Of a DNA stretch of 64,000 nucleotides, positions 29,411 to 39,296 are shown in pieces. Each line of letters begins with the position of its first letter. Position 1 is the first letter of the stretch. Under the pieces are notes generated by a model, which worked only from the letters and a program-made list of their open reading frames with translations, was not told the origin of the DNA and did no database searches. Position numbers and translations under genes: made by a program. Location of the stretch: assembly GCA_965261395.1 (NCBI GenBank), contig OZ253462.1, forward strand, positions 480,001 to 544,000. The letters are read 5' to 3'. This stretch comes from Candidatus Latescibacterota bacterium. GTDB taxonomy: Bacteria > Latescibacterota > UBA2968 > UBA8231.

Positions 29411-30514
29411 ATGAATGACCTCAACAAAACTCAGCTTATCTCCGTGGAAAAGCTGCTGTTGGATGACAAGAACCCAAGACTTCCTGAACGGCTTCGCGAG
29501 ACGTCTCAATCGGAGATACTCCAGTATCTCTATAATCACGCGGCATTGGACGAACTTGCGCAGTCCTACCTCGATAACGGCTTCTTTGACCACGAACCGC
29601 TGATCGTTCAGAGAGGCGAGGATGAACGATATGTCGTCGTTGAAGGCAATCGAAGACTCGCGGCGCTCAAAGTCTTACACCATTCGTCTGAAGATGACGA
29701 ACTCTGCTTTGGTACCATCGATCCATCCAAAGAGGAACTGGACGGACTTCGTGAGATCCCCTGCTGTCTCATAGCGGATCGCGATGCGGTCCACGCTTAT
29801 GTCGGATTCAGGCATATCGGTGCGCTCAAAACATGGCCCCCCGAGGCAAAGGCTCGCTATCTTCTTTCAGAGGTGAATCAACTCAAAAAAAAGAACGTCG
29901 CCAATCCGTTTCGTGAACTCGGTCGAAGGGTCGGCAGCAATGCTCAAGGTATCAGAAATTCTTACCTTGCAATTCGCATCTTGCTACACGCAAGAGAAGA
30001 ATTTGGGATGGACGTCAGCTATGTCCAGGAAAGCCGATTCGGAGTCTGGCTTCGTTGTATGAACTCAGCGGACATAAGGAAGCATATTGGACTCGGTCAA
30101 ACACAAACCTACAATGATATCGAGCAGGCTCTTTCAGGAATCAATGAAGCACATCTCGCAGAAGTACTACGCGATCTCAAGATCGAGCCAGGCGAGGGAC
30201 GTGCGGTGCTAGGAGACTCGCGTGACGTTACCGTCTATGGGAGAGCTCTCATGGATGAGCGCGTGCATGAAACGCTACGTCGCACGAGAGACCTAGGCTT
30301 GGTCAAGCAGATCATTGAGGAACTAGACTTGGATGTACAAGCTAGACGACTAGTGCAGAGAGTGCAGCTATTCCTAGATATTCTTCATCGGGCGGATATG
30401 CCGCAGATATCGAACGATCTGCTCGCAGCTACGGAGACTCTTTCCTCGGTTGCTCGCTCTGCGCTCGCCATCGTCAAAGACCGGGTGGAGGATTCTCGTG
30501 ATAACAAGCCCTGA
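29411..30514 (+). CDS. ParB/Srx N-terminal domain protein
   Basis: LLLDDKNPRL...ELAQSYLDNGF...EPLIV...YVVVEGNRRLAALK. Confidence 0.82.
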   Translation: MNDLNKTQLISVEKLLLDDKNPRLPERLRETSQSEILQYLYNHAALDELAQSYLDNGFFDHEPLIVQRGEDERYVVVEGNRRLAALKVLHHSSEDDELCFGTIDPSKEELDGLREIPCCLIADRDAVHAYVGFRHIGALKTWPPEAKARYLLSEVNQLKKKNVANPFRELGRRVGSNAQGIRNSYLAIRILLHAREEFGMDVSYVQESRFGVWLRCMNSADIRKHIGLGQTQTYNDIEQALSGINEAHLAEVLRDLKIEPGEGRAVLGDSRDVTVYGRALMDERVHETLRRTRDLGLVKQIIEELDLDVQARRLVQRVQLFLDILHRADMPQISNDLLAATETLSSVARSALAIVKDRVEDSRDNKP

Positions 30515-31433
30515 ACCTGACACTTACGGGCAGTATGCACGAGCCTCCCTAATCGCGGATTACGTAGAACTGCTTGCGCTGAAACATCCGGTTAGACGCG
30601 GGATCGTGGAGGACTTCTTTGCTGATAACCACTGGAATCTTGAGTTGCTTCAGCCATCTGAAGGTGATTTCTCACATTACCCTCGGGAAACGCTGGAGGG
30701 GCGCCTTGACGAGGCTCATGACTTAGCTTCTATCGTTTTCGGGCAGATAGAGGAGCGATGCCGCCTGTTATCCCGTCGCTATCCCTTTGCGATCACGGAG
30801 GGTTTAGTCTCATTGAAACCTGATCTTGATCGTGAATCATGCCCGTATGTAGCAATGCTCTCACTTACCGTTGCCCATGCGTTCAATGTGGGCTTATCGC
30901 ATAAACCGGAAGAACTGTTTGAGCATATAGTGACAAAGATCCTAAATGACCGCGGGTTGTTATCTGCCGGAGTCGCGACGCTTCGCAGGTCGAGAGGTTC
31001 CTTTGAGAAAGCATTATGCGCAGCGTGCAATCAGGTTGGGCTCAAGTCAGTGCCGAATGCGGCACCGAGATATGAAAAAGGGCACGACGAAGGCGTGGAC
31101 GTTCTTAGCCATATGAGTTGGGAAGAAGATCCACGATCGAGTGCTTGGGTATTCATCGGTCAAGCCACAGTAGGGAGAAGCGATATCTGGTCAAAAAAAA
31201 TCAATGAGCCGAACCCAGGGAGATGGGCTCAATTCATTTGCATTAGGAATCGACCATTGCCATTTCTGGCCGTGCCTCATCATGTAGAGCGACAAATGAT
31301 GGAGAAGCTAGCCTTCGACGGCGTAGTGCTGGATAGAATTAGGCTGGTGAGATTCAAAAACGAGAACGACCGTGAGGAGCGCGAGATCATCAGAGCCGTA
31401 GCCCAAGAGTGCGTCGAACCACTCTCAGGTTAG
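30498..31433 (+). CDS. Hypothetical protein with restriction-endonuclease-like (PD-(D/E)XK variant) C-terminal half
   Basis: GTG 30498 with GGAGG RBS, overlapping the ParB gene; [20 protein letters not shown]...FIGQAT...WSKK resembles a D-x-G-x-D...Q nuclease core, but the usual Lys is absent. Confidence 0.55.
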   Translation: MITSPEPDTYGQYARASLIADYVELLALKHPVRRGIVEDFFADNHWNLELLQPSEGDFSHYPRETLEGRLDEAHDLASIVFGQIEERCRLLSRRYPFAITEGLVSLKPDLDRESCPYVAMLSLTVAHAFNVGLSHKPEELFEHIVTKILNDRGLLSAGVATLRRSRGSFEKALCAACNQVGLKSVPNAAPRYEKGHDEGVDVLSHMSWEEDPRSSAWVFIGQATVGRSDIWSKKINEPNPGRWAQFICIRNRPLPFLAVPHHVERQMMEKLAFDGVVLDRIRLVRFKNENDREEREIIRAVAQECVEPLSG

Positions 31434-31477
31434 AATTGACTATAGGCCAGAGGCTCGCAAGTATAACGGAAAATCGA

Positions 31478-32755
31478 ATGTATAAACCGTTGCGCTTTAT
31501 TGACCTATTTGCAGGACTCGGAGGCTTTCATATTGCGCTCAATGAGCTGGGGCATCGCTGCGTCTTCGCCTGTGAGGTTAATGAGGATCTCGCTGCTATT
31601 TACGAGAAAAATTTTGGAATCCGTCCATTCGGTGATATCCGCACTCTTGATATCTCCTCGTTGCCCGCTCACGATATTCTCTGTGCCGGATTTCCCTGCC
31701 AGCCATTCTCCAAAGCCGGTAGTCAACAAGGTCTCAAATGCCCTCATTGGGGGGATTTAATCGACTACGTCATCCGCATTCTTAGGACCCACACGCCACG
31801 CTACTTCATCATGGAGAATGTTCCTAACCTCATACGGCACAGGCAAGGGAGGACTTGGAGCGAGATCGAGGGCAGGCTCCGCCGAGCCGGCTACAGCGTC
31901 CAGGATCGAGTACTATCACCGCATAGCTTCGGCGTACCCCAGATTCGCAAACGGATGTTCATCGTTGGCCAGCGTGGTGGCCTAAACGGGTTTTCGTGGC
32001 CATCTCCATCACAAAAGCATGAGCTTTCCATAAGCTCAGTTTTGGATGAGAATCCTGAGGATGCTCGGCCGCTCCCTAAACGCTTCGTATTGTACTTGAA
32101 GGCATGGCAGCAATTCCTAGACCGCTTTCCCAAAAAAGAGGAGTTGCCATCCTTTCCCATTTGGGCGATGGAGTTTGGAGCTACCTATCCGTACATTAAC
32201 AAGTCACCCGCTGGAGTAGGGTTCTCAAAAATAGGCTCATTCAAGGGCAGCTTTGGGGTCTCGCTTCGCGATATAAACGCAGAGAATATTCGTGCGGCGT
32301 TGCCCGGATATGCCCGTGATTCGGCGCTTTGCTTTCCAAAGTGGAAGGTCGACTTCATACGGCAGAACCGAGCCTTTTACAAACGCCATAAGTCATGGAT
32401 TAACAAATGGCTCCCCTCAATCCGTAGTTTTGACCCGAGCTTTCAAAAGTTTGAATGGAATTGCAAGGGAGAGGAACGGGACATCTGGAAGTACGTCATT
32501 CAGTTTCGTGCTTCAGGCATTCGTGTTAAGCGTCCGACGACGGCTCCCTCCCTCGTCGCCATGACAACAAGCCAGGTGCCCGTTATTGGATGGGAATGTC
32601 GGTATATGACAGTTCAGGAAAGTAGCCGCCTTCAAAGCATGGGGCACTTGCCGCATCTTCCGTCAACCCAGACGGCTGCATTCAAAGCTCTTGGGAATGC
32701 GGTCAACGTTTATGTAGTGCGAAAGGTCGCTGAACAACTACTGATGAATGAATAG
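31478..32755 (+). CDS. DNA (cytosine-5) methyltransferase with large variable region
   Basis: [44 protein letters not shown]. Confidence 0.95.
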   Translation: MYKPLRFIDLFAGLGGFHIALNELGHRCVFACEVNEDLAAIYEKNFGIRPFGDIRTLDISSLPAHDILCAGFPCQPFSKAGSQQGLKCPHWGDLIDYVIRILRTHTPRYFIMENVPNLIRHRQGRTWSEIEGRLRRAGYSVQDRVLSPHSFGVPQIRKRMFIVGQRGGLNGFSWPSPSQKHELSISSVLDENPEDARPLPKRFVLYLKAWQQFLDRFPKKEELPSFPIWAMEFGATYPYINKSPAGVGFSKIGSFKGSFGVSLRDINAENIRAALPGYARDSALCFPKWKVDFIRQNRAFYKRHKSWINKWLPSIRSFDPSFQKFEWNCKGEERDIWKYVIQFRASGIRVKRPTTAPSLVAMTTSQVPVIGWECRYMTVQESSRLQSMGHLPHLPSTQTAAFKALGNAVNVYVVRKVAEQLLMNE

Positions 32756-32757
32756 CT

Positions 32758-33015
32758 ATGGATATTTGTTTGGTGGCGATGCCGTACGCAAGTGTCGAAC
32801 GACCTTCGATTGCGCTTGGCTTGCTGAAGGGGAAGCTAGGAGAGACGCAACTGGAAACCACGTGTCTCTACGCGAATCTGACCTTCGCCGAGAGAATCGG
32901 CGCAGAAAACTATAACCTGCTCCAGTTTATAAAACCCAAAGATCTAGCCGGAGAGTGGACTTTTTGCGATGCTCTATTCGGGTCTAATCGGCCCGAAGAC
33001 GACTACCTCGATTGA
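32758..33015 (+). pseudogene. N-terminal fragment of a RiPP-maturation (B12-type) radical SAM protein
   Basis: MDICLVAMPYASVERPSIALGLLK...LYANLTFAERIG...LAGEWTF...LF; stops at the island junction after 85 aa, with no CxxxCxxC. Confidence 0.75.
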
Positions 33016-33016
33016 G

Positions 33017-33220
33017 TGCCACTTCCACCACTGCCGCACCTTCCACGGCTCGTACGGCAACAAGACCGACAACCCACGGCGCAGCTATATCATGCACCTC
33101 ATGCCCGGCTACACCCGTCGCCTAGGCGACAATTGGAACGAGCGCATGGGCAATGTCGAAACCGTGGGCGTGGGCGAAATTGTCGAGGGGCCGGACTACC
33201 CAGAGCTGATAGCCGTGTAA
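33017..33220 (+). pseudogene. Orphaned phyH 3' end (right copy of the 192-bp repeat, ends PELIAV*)
   Basis: Near-identical to 29057-29248; stop at 33220 is 8 bp from the convergent gene. Confidence 0.9.
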
Positions 33221-33228
33221 AAAGTTCC

Positions 33229-33951
33229 CTAGACAAAGGGAAAGGTGCCGTTGTACCCCCTAGGCCGCGACACGTGCCAGATACCCTCGTACATCGGCGT
33301 CATCTGGTAGTGGCATACCACATTGCTGCGCTCCATATCGTCGCGCTCTTTGGCCCCTTGGTGCGGTATGTGGCTCAGAAAGACGACGCAATCGCCCGCC
33401 TTGGGGTAGAGGACGACGTGCTTCTGGGCGTCACACCAAGCCTCGAATTTGGGGCGGTCCATGGGGTAGAGATGGGGAGGCTCCTGCAAATGGCCGTTTT
33501 CGACGTATTTGAGGTGGCCATCTCCCGGCCCGTTGTCCTGCAGGTAATAGGTCACATTGACCCCTACGGGCTGGGCCGCCAAGCGGTATTGCTCGACTTG
33601 GCGCTTTTCCTCCCAATAGCCGTAAAAATCCATGTGCCACTCTTGCAGGTAGGGTCCTGGATTGATGTGCGCTCGCAGGCTGCGTAGCTGGCATTGCTTC
33701 CCCATCATGCCCTCCAAATAAGGGCGCACGCTCGGATGGCTCACTAAGGGGACGAAGGTTTCAGGCTCGCGGTCCAAGAGCGAATCAAACCACATATTGC
33801 CCACGGCGTTCAAGCCTTCCTCCCAGCCCATCTTGCGCGCGTGGTCCACCCGCTGACGCACCAATTCCGTCTCTTGAGGACTCAAGGCCCCTTCGATCAA
33901 GACATAGCCGTCGCGCTCCAATTGATCCAGCTTATCCGCCATATCCTGCAT
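33229..33951 (-). CDS. PhyH-family dioxygenase
   Basis: LERDGYVLIEGALS, EWHMDF, KAGDCVVF..HIPHQG. Confidence 0.85.
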   Translation of the reverse strand: MQDMADKLDQLERDGYVLIEGALSPQETELVRQRVDHARKMGWEEGLNAVGNMWFDSLLDREPETFVPLVSHPSVRPYLEGMMGKQCQLRSLRAHINPGPYLQEWHMDFYGYWEEKRQVEQYRLAAQPVGVNVTYYLQDNGPGDGHLKYVENGHLQEPPHLYPMDRPKFEAWCDAQKHVVLYPKAGDCVVFLSHIPHQGAKERDDMERSNVVCHYQMTPMYEGIWHVSRPRGYNGTFPFV

Positions 33952-34010
33952 TGTTTTTAGTCTCCTTTTCCAGATACTAAAGAACCGGCCTGCTCGTGCC
34001 CATCACTTTC

Positions 34011-34913
34011 TTAGCAGACGGTGGCGGTTTGCATGGCCGCAAGCAAGTCGGCCGGGCTCATCAGCACACCCAAAATGGAGTGCGCGCTACCCAGTGGTAT
34101 TTCCAGCCCCGTGGCGGTAGCCGTTATGCCGTCAAAGTCGCGCGTGGGGTGTACGGGGATCTTGCGATTGGGTCGATCGATGCTGAGCTGGGCATACAGG
34201 GTGATCCCCAAGGGGTTTTCCAAAATCACTTTATTAGGGTTCAGGTCGAGCCTAATCTTGCCCGTGGCTCCTGCGTCACTCGTCCTGAACCCGTCGAGGA
34301 AGAGACCGATCGGATAGCCCAGTGGACCGTCGAAGAGGTAGCCTCGCGTGGCGCTGTCCGGGAGCAGAAAATGGGTCACCAACTCCGCTTTGCAAAGGAG
34401 GCGTTGGTCTGGCACCGTCATGTCAAAATTGTCAAACGCCGGAGTCTTGAGATCGAGCTGTCGGCCAAGTGCGGTGCCGTAACCGTAAACACATCCAGTG
34501 AATGACTCGCCCCACAACTCCAGCTCGGTGGTCTCGCAATCGAGGTGATGACCCTTGTCGGCTAGCTGCGACGAGAACGAGTCGGTCAGGTCCTGCCTGT
34601 ACTGCTCGGGGTCGATCCCGTCATACCACTCGGCGCGGGGCTCGAGAACGCGGTCGTCACCGAGTTGTTGCCTAGCGTAGGCGAGGATTTCCCGCCCCCC
34701 GTCGAGCTGGGCGTAAATCGCATCCGGCTCCAGTTGACGGATCGCCGCGCGCCAACGTCGTTCGCACAGCAACTCGCGCTCGAGATAGATCCCGGCGTTC
34801 GTGTTGCGCAGGGTTTTCGGATCGGTGACGGCCAGGTCGCTGTAGAGCATTGAGTGAATCAGATAGACGATCTTTCTCACCTTCATTGGCGCACCCTCAC
34901 TGTCTTGACTCAA
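34011..34913 (-). CDS. Hypothetical protein
   Basis: 300-aa ORF filling the gap; true start may be MKVRK; no recognised motif. Confidence 0.65.
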   Translation of the reverse strand: MSQDSEGAPMKVRKIVYLIHSMLYSDLAVTDPKTLRNTNAGIYLERELLCERRWRAAIRQLEPDAIYAQLDGGREILAYARQQLGDDRVLEPRAEWYDGIDPEQYRQDLTDSFSSQLADKGHHLDCETTELELWGESFTGCVYGYGTALGRQLDLKTPAFDNFDMTVPDQRLLCKAELVTHFLLPDSATRGYLFDGPLGYPIGLFLDGFRTSDAGATGKIRLDLNPNKVILENPLGITLYAQLSIDRPNRKIPVHPTRDFDGITATATGLEIPLGSAHSILGVLMSPADLLAAMQTATVC

Positions 34914-35016
34914 TTATCGCTAACACCGTCGCTTACCCTCTCTCACGCCCGCCAGAGTTTATTCGCCATGTTCCGCATTATTTCCAGTCTCCTTTTCCAG
35001 TGGGTCGGCACTATCC

Positions 35017-35472
35017 TCACTCGCTTCGACGGTGGATTGGTTGAGGGGGGGTTGAGGCGTCTTCCCAAGGGTTGGTGACGTCCACGTCTAGGTCTGCGAA
35101 GTCCCCGACGTTCCGCGTCGCAACAGAGAGGCCATGAACTTTGGCTGTCCCGGCGACCAGCGCATCCCCCAAGTCCAGCACGCGACCGGAGCGATGCGCC
35201 TGCGCCCGGAATTGGGCAGCCCGCTCTGCCCCCGTCCTCTCCAAGGGCAGGATGCGGTCCTCATACGCCGAAATGAACTCTGACAGCACCGACCGCAACC
35301 CGTCGCGACGTGGTCCCGGCGGCAGCAGTTGCAAGCCAAACTCCAGCTCATGCAACACTATCGCGGATAACCACAAGTCGTCTTGTTCGGTCAGGAATGC
35401 GAGAACCCGCGGATTTGGCGCGTCTTTTGTCAACTCCGAGACCACATTGGTGTCTAGAAGAAACCCGCTCAC
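35017..35472 (-). CDS. vapC: VapC PIN-domain toxin
   Basis: FLLDTNVVSE, ELEFG, DALVAGTA, ATRNVGDF. Confidence 0.92.
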   Translation of the reverse strand: MSGFLLDTNVVSELTKDAPNPRVLAFLTEQDDLWLSAIVLHELEFGLQLLPPGPRRDGLRSVLSEFISAYEDRILPLERTGAERAAQFRAQAHRSGRVLDLGDALVAGTAKVHGLSVATRNVGDFADLDVDVTNPWEDASTPPQPIHRRSE

Positions 35473-35753
35473 CCTGTGTCTTCAGACGCGAATGGGATTT
35501 CCCGCCGGGATTCTCTATTTCTGGTGATCTCGAGGTTCGCGCCACGGGGCATGTTGGCTACCAACCACTGGCCCATGGGTTGGCGCTGCGACTCTTTCTC
35601 GGCCCATACGTGGGCGGGGACTACAACGAAGGACTTTCGCATGCCGATATGTTGAGGCCCTTCCTCTTCGGCGCGACGCAGGACTTCGGACAAACGCGCC
35701 TTGGCCTCGGCGACGGTCCAAACGCGGTGGGATTCTGAGTGTCGGGCGGTCAT
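35469..35753 (-). CDS. Phd/YefM-family antitoxin
   Basis: WTVAEAKARLSEVLRRAEEEGPQHI; 4-bp overlap with vapC; GGAGGA RBS. Confidence 0.88.
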   Translation of the reverse strand: MTARHSESHRVWTVAEAKARLSEVLRRAEEEGPQHIGMRKSFVVVPAHVWAEKESQRQPMGQWLVANMPRGANLEITRNRESRREIPFASEDTG

Positions 35754-35778
35754 AGCTCCTCCAGCTAGGTTGTCGTTA

Positions 35779-35795
35779 TAGTCCAATATAGACTA
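35779..35795. promoter_or_regulatory. Palindromic operator candidate for toxin-antitoxin autoregulation
   Basis: TAGTC-CAATATA-GACTA about 25 bp upstream of the antitoxin start. Confidence 0.45.
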
Positions 35796-35840
35796 GCTTG
35801 GCCGCCGCATCAATGGATGAAGTTGAGCTTTTCCCCTAGG

Positions 35841-37241
35841 TCAGAGAAGCGGGCGCTCGTGGCTCCAAGGGGCGAGTTGCTCGAAGGCGCGGGCGGCGCG
35901 CAACACGGTGCGATCCTGCCGCCAGCCGCCGATGATCTGCAGGCCCACGGGCAGGCCATCGACGCGGCCGCAGGGCACGCTGGCAGCGGGCAGGCCGGTG
36001 AGATTCACCGGGTAGGTGAAGGCCGTCCAGCTCAGGTAGGTGGTGGCGCGGCCGGCGATCGAACCGGGGTGGTCGTCGCCAGCGGCAAAGGCGGTGACCG
36101 GCAGCGTCGGCGTCAGCAGCAGGTCGTAGCGCTCGTAGAACTCCCGCCATTGGTGGTAGTACGCGTTGCGCTCTATATAAGCATTGGCCACGTCCGTCCC
36201 ACGAAACTCGAACCCCTCTTCGACGACGGCGCGCAGGCCCGGATCGAGGCGATCGGCGATCTGGTCGAACTGGTCGCGGAAGGAAGCGGCGAAAGCCGTT
36301 GACCACAGGACGTGGATGAGACGCCACGGATCTTCGCCGGCCGGGTGCGCCTCCTCGATGGTGCAACCGAGATCCGCGAAGCGACGGGCCGCCGCTTGTG
36401 CAGTCTCAACGACCTGAGCATCGACGGCCGCGTACCCTAGGTCGGGCGACCAAGCCACGCGTAGCCCATCCACGCCAGCCTCGATCTCATCAAGCGCCAA
36501 CGGTTCGGCTGGCATCGAGGTGCGATCCCGCGCATCGGGACCGGCCATGACCTCAAGCATCCGCACGGCGTCGCCGACGGTGCGGGTGATCGGCCCAGCG
36601 TGGGACAGGGTCTCCACCACGCTGGCCGGGTACTGAGGCACTCGTCCCCAGGAGGGTTTGAAGCCAAAGGCACCCGAGAAGCCAGCCGGGATGCGGATCG
36701 AGCCAGCACCGTCCGTGCCCTGGGCCAGCACGCCCATGCCAGCGACCACGGCCGCCGCGGCTCCGCCGCTAGAGCCGCCCGGCGTGCGTCCGTGCCGCCA
36801 AGGGTTGTGGGTTGGTCCAACGACGCGATTGCCCGAATCTCCCTTCCAGCCGATCTCCGGCGTATTCGTCTTGCCGAGCAACACCATGCCGGCATCGCGT
36901 AGACGTTCGACAAGGGGCGCGTCAAAGTCCGGGACCCAGTCGGCGGTCAGCAGCGACCCCCGGGTGGTGCGGATCCCACGCGTCGCCGTCAGATCTTTCA
37001 GCGAACCGGGTATGCCGGCTAGGGGAGGCGGATCTTCGGCACCGGCAAAGGCGGCTTCGGCGGCGCGTGCCTCGGCCAAGGCCCGCTCCGGCGTGACCGT
37101 GACGAAGGCGTTGAGCCTTGGGTCGAGCGCTTCGATTCGGCGCAGCACCGCCTCGGTGACCTCCACCGGGGACAGCTCGCGGCGCTCGTACAGGCGGCGC
37201 AGTTCAACGCCAGAGAGATAGCACAGCTCGGTATCGTTCAT
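35841..37241 (-). CDS. Amidase signature family protein
   Basis: KDL, GKTNTPE, PGGSSGGAAAA, GTDGAGSIRIPA. Confidence 0.95.
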   Translation of the reverse strand: MNDTELCYLSGVELRRLYERRELSPVEVTEAVLRRIEALDPRLNAFVTVTPERALAEARAAEAAFAGAEDPPPLAGIPGSLKDLTATRGIRTTRGSLLTADWVPDFDAPLVERLRDAGMVLLGKTNTPEIGWKGDSGNRVVGPTHNPWRHGRTPGGSSGGAAAAVVAGMGVLAQGTDGAGSIRIPAGFSGAFGFKPSWGRVPQYPASVVETLSHAGPITRTVGDAVRMLEVMAGPDARDRTSMPAEPLALDEIEAGVDGLRVAWSPDLGYAAVDAQVVETAQAAARRFADLGCTIEEAHPAGEDPWRLIHVLWSTAFAASFRDQFDQIADRLDPGLRAVVEEGFEFRGTDVANAYIERNAYYHQWREFYERYDLLLTPTLPVTAFAAGDDHPGSIAGRATTYLSWTAFTYPVNLTGLPAASVPCGRVDGLPVGLQIIGGWRQDRTVLRAARAFEQLAPWSHERPLL

Positions 37242-38227
37242 GCTTCAAGCACCACTTCTCTGCCGAGGCGGGACGACTCCATGCACGCCGTCAGGACCGC
37301 CACCAGATGGCGGGCGTATTCAGTCGTCACCGGTGGCTCCGTTCCCGCGTCAATCGCCTCGACGAACGCGCCCAACTGCCGCGTCGTGGTGTCGTGATTC
37401 TCGGCTACCTCGACCTGTTCCCAGTCCCCGTCCCGGCCGATAAAAAGATCGTCCCTTCTCGATTCGATCCCCTTGCGCAGTTGGATCATGCCGTCCGTGC
37501 AGACGAATTCCGTGCTGTAACGCCGCCCGCCCGTCCTCCACCACACGTGAATCAGGGTCGAGTACACGCCGTTGTCGAATTGCAAAAGCGCCATGGCCAC
37601 GTCGTCCGCTGAGAATTCGAAGAAACGGCTGTCGATCAAAGCCTTGACGGCGACGACGAGACTGCCCGTCCACCAGCAGGATCGATCAATCAGGTGGATG
37701 CCATTCTGATACCACACGCCCCCGTGCGTCGCCTTGTCGAGGTACCAAGCCGGCCTGTTGGGGCCGAAGGGGCGGTAGGCTTCGTCACAGAGACAAACCA
37801 AGTCTCCCACGGCCTGCTCGCGCAGCAGCTTCTTCACGGCCCGGTTCGTTGGCGAGAAGCGGTGCATGTGGCCGACGGAGAGCTGTTTGCCTGCTCGCCG
37901 CGCGGCCGCGATCATGGCGTCACATTGCTCCACGTTGACGGCCATCGGTTTTTCCACCAGCACGTGTTTGTCGGCCTCCAAGGCGGCTACGGTCCCTTCG
38001 CAGTGCAGGCCGTGGGGCAAGCAGACGATGACGAGGTCAACCCGCTCGTCCGCGAGCAGATCCTCATAGGAGGAGTAGCCTTGGCAACCGTGCTCCGCGC
38101 AGACGCGGGCCAAGCGTTCCGCGTCGGTGTCGGCGACCGCCCGCAAGTGCGTAGATTCAAGGGCCGCCACCGCTCGCAGATGTCCCCTAGAGACGCTGCC
38201 AGCACCGATGATTCCAACTCCGTGCAT
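37238..38227 (-). CDS. Gfo/Idh/MocA oxidoreductase
   Basis: GIIGAG, HVLVEKPMA, GIHLID. Confidence 0.93.
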   Translation of the reverse strand: MHGVGIIGAGSVSRGHLRAVAALESTHLRAVADTDAERLARVCAEHGCQGYSSYEDLLADERVDLVIVCLPHGLHCEGTVAALEADKHVLVEKPMAVNVEQCDAMIAAARRAGKQLSVGHMHRFSPTNRAVKKLLREQAVGDLVCLCDEAYRPFGPNRPAWYLDKATHGGVWYQNGIHLIDRSCWWTGSLVVAVKALIDSRFFEFSADDVAMALLQFDNGVYSTLIHVWWRTGGRRYSTEFVCTDGMIQLRKGIESRRDDLFIGRDGDWEQVEVAENHDTTTRQLGAFVEAIDAGTEPPVTTEYARHLVAVLTACMESSRLGREVVLEA

Positions 38228-38325
38228 CTCATCCTCGATTCAGAAGGATAGGAAGTTAAACGGGCCTTTGAACCTTGGTCAACTCCGCTGGGCGGGCTTC
38301 TTGCCCAGACCAAGAGATGGGGGCT

Positions 38326-39267
38326 CTACGGTTTCTGAGCCCCGTTCGTCTCGACGTACACCGAAAACAGCGACTGCGAACAGGTTATGAACAGCCTGTT
38401 TTTCTTAGCACCGCCAAAGCAGAGGTTAGCGCAGGGTGCTGGCAGGTGGATCTTGCCGATCAAGGTGCCGTCGGGGGCAAAACAATGCACGCCGTCGTAG
38501 CCCTCGCCCGCCCAGCAGGCCCCCGACCACAGGTTGCCATCCACGTCGGTGCGGATACCATCCGACGAGCCAGGCCCCATGTCAGCGAAGACGCGCCCGT
38601 TTGTAATGCGGTCGCCATGGACGTCGAAAACGCGGATGTGAGTGGGGTATTCGGGGCCGTCGGAGCGCCCGGTATCGACGATGTAGAGCAATGACTCATC
38701 CGGGCTGAAGCAGAGGCCGTTGGGCCGCTGGAAGTCGCCTGCCACCACCGTTGCTTGCCCAGTGTCCGGATCGAGACGGTACACGTTGGCGACATTCTCA
38801 AACTTATCCCGATGCCCCTCGTAGTCCATCAGAATGCCGTACCCGGGGTCCGTAAACCAGATCGATCCATCCGACTTCACCACGATGTCGTTGGGGGCAT
38901 TCAACGGCTTGCCCTCGAACTGGTCCATCAACACGGTGATTGAACCGTCGTATTCCGTCCGGGTGACGCGGCGCGCGTCGTGTTCGCATGACAGCAATCG
39001 TCCCTCGCGGTCGCGCGTGTTGCCGTTGGTGTTGTTGGATGGCTTGCGGAAGACCGAGACGGCCCCGGTCTCTTCTTCCCACTTGAGAATGCGGTTGTTG
39101 GGGATGTCGCTAAACAGTAGATAGCGGCCGTCGCCAAACCACACGGGGCCTTCAAGCCAGCGCCCACCGGTCCAGATCATTTCGAGGGCGGCATTGGCCA
39201 GCTTGTACTTGGCGAAGCGCTCGTCTAGCACCTCAAGGCGGCGGTCTGGATACCTCACAAGTTCCAT
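38326..39267 (-). CDS. SMP-30/gluconolactonase family protein
   Basis: EGPVW, FSDIP, LNAPND, FTDPGYG, PNGLCFSPD, DGIRTD. Confidence 0.93.
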   Translation of the reverse strand: MELVRYPDRRLEVLDERFAKYKLANAALEMIWTGGRWLEGPVWFGDGRYLLFSDIPNNRILKWEEETGAVSVFRKPSNNTNGNTRDREGRLLSCEHDARRVTRTEYDGSITVLMDQFEGKPLNAPNDIVVKSDGSIWFTDPGYGILMDYEGHRDKFENVANVYRLDPDTGQATVVAGDFQRPNGLCFSPDESLLYIVDTGRSDGPEYPTHIRVFDVHGDRITNGRVFADMGPGSSDGIRTDVDGNLWSGACWAGEGYDGVHCFAPDGTLIGKIHLPAPCANLCFGGAKKNRLFITCSQSLFSVYVETNGAQKP

Positions 39268-39296
39268 ATCATCTTCCTGATTAAAATTAGTAGTCC

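Larger units (their letters stand above)
29249..33016 (+). mobile_element. Integrase-free 3.8-kb genomic island between the direct repeats
   Basis: Flanked by the 192-bp duplication and an internal 11-bp repeat ACCTCGATTGA (29281, 33005); visibly lower GC than the flanks; last gene truncated at the junction. Confidence 0.8.

Noticed and set aside
33013-33015. Sec readthrough at the TGA ending the radical SAM fragment
   Set aside because: Downstream DNA is the duplicated phyH end, so this is a junction truncation.
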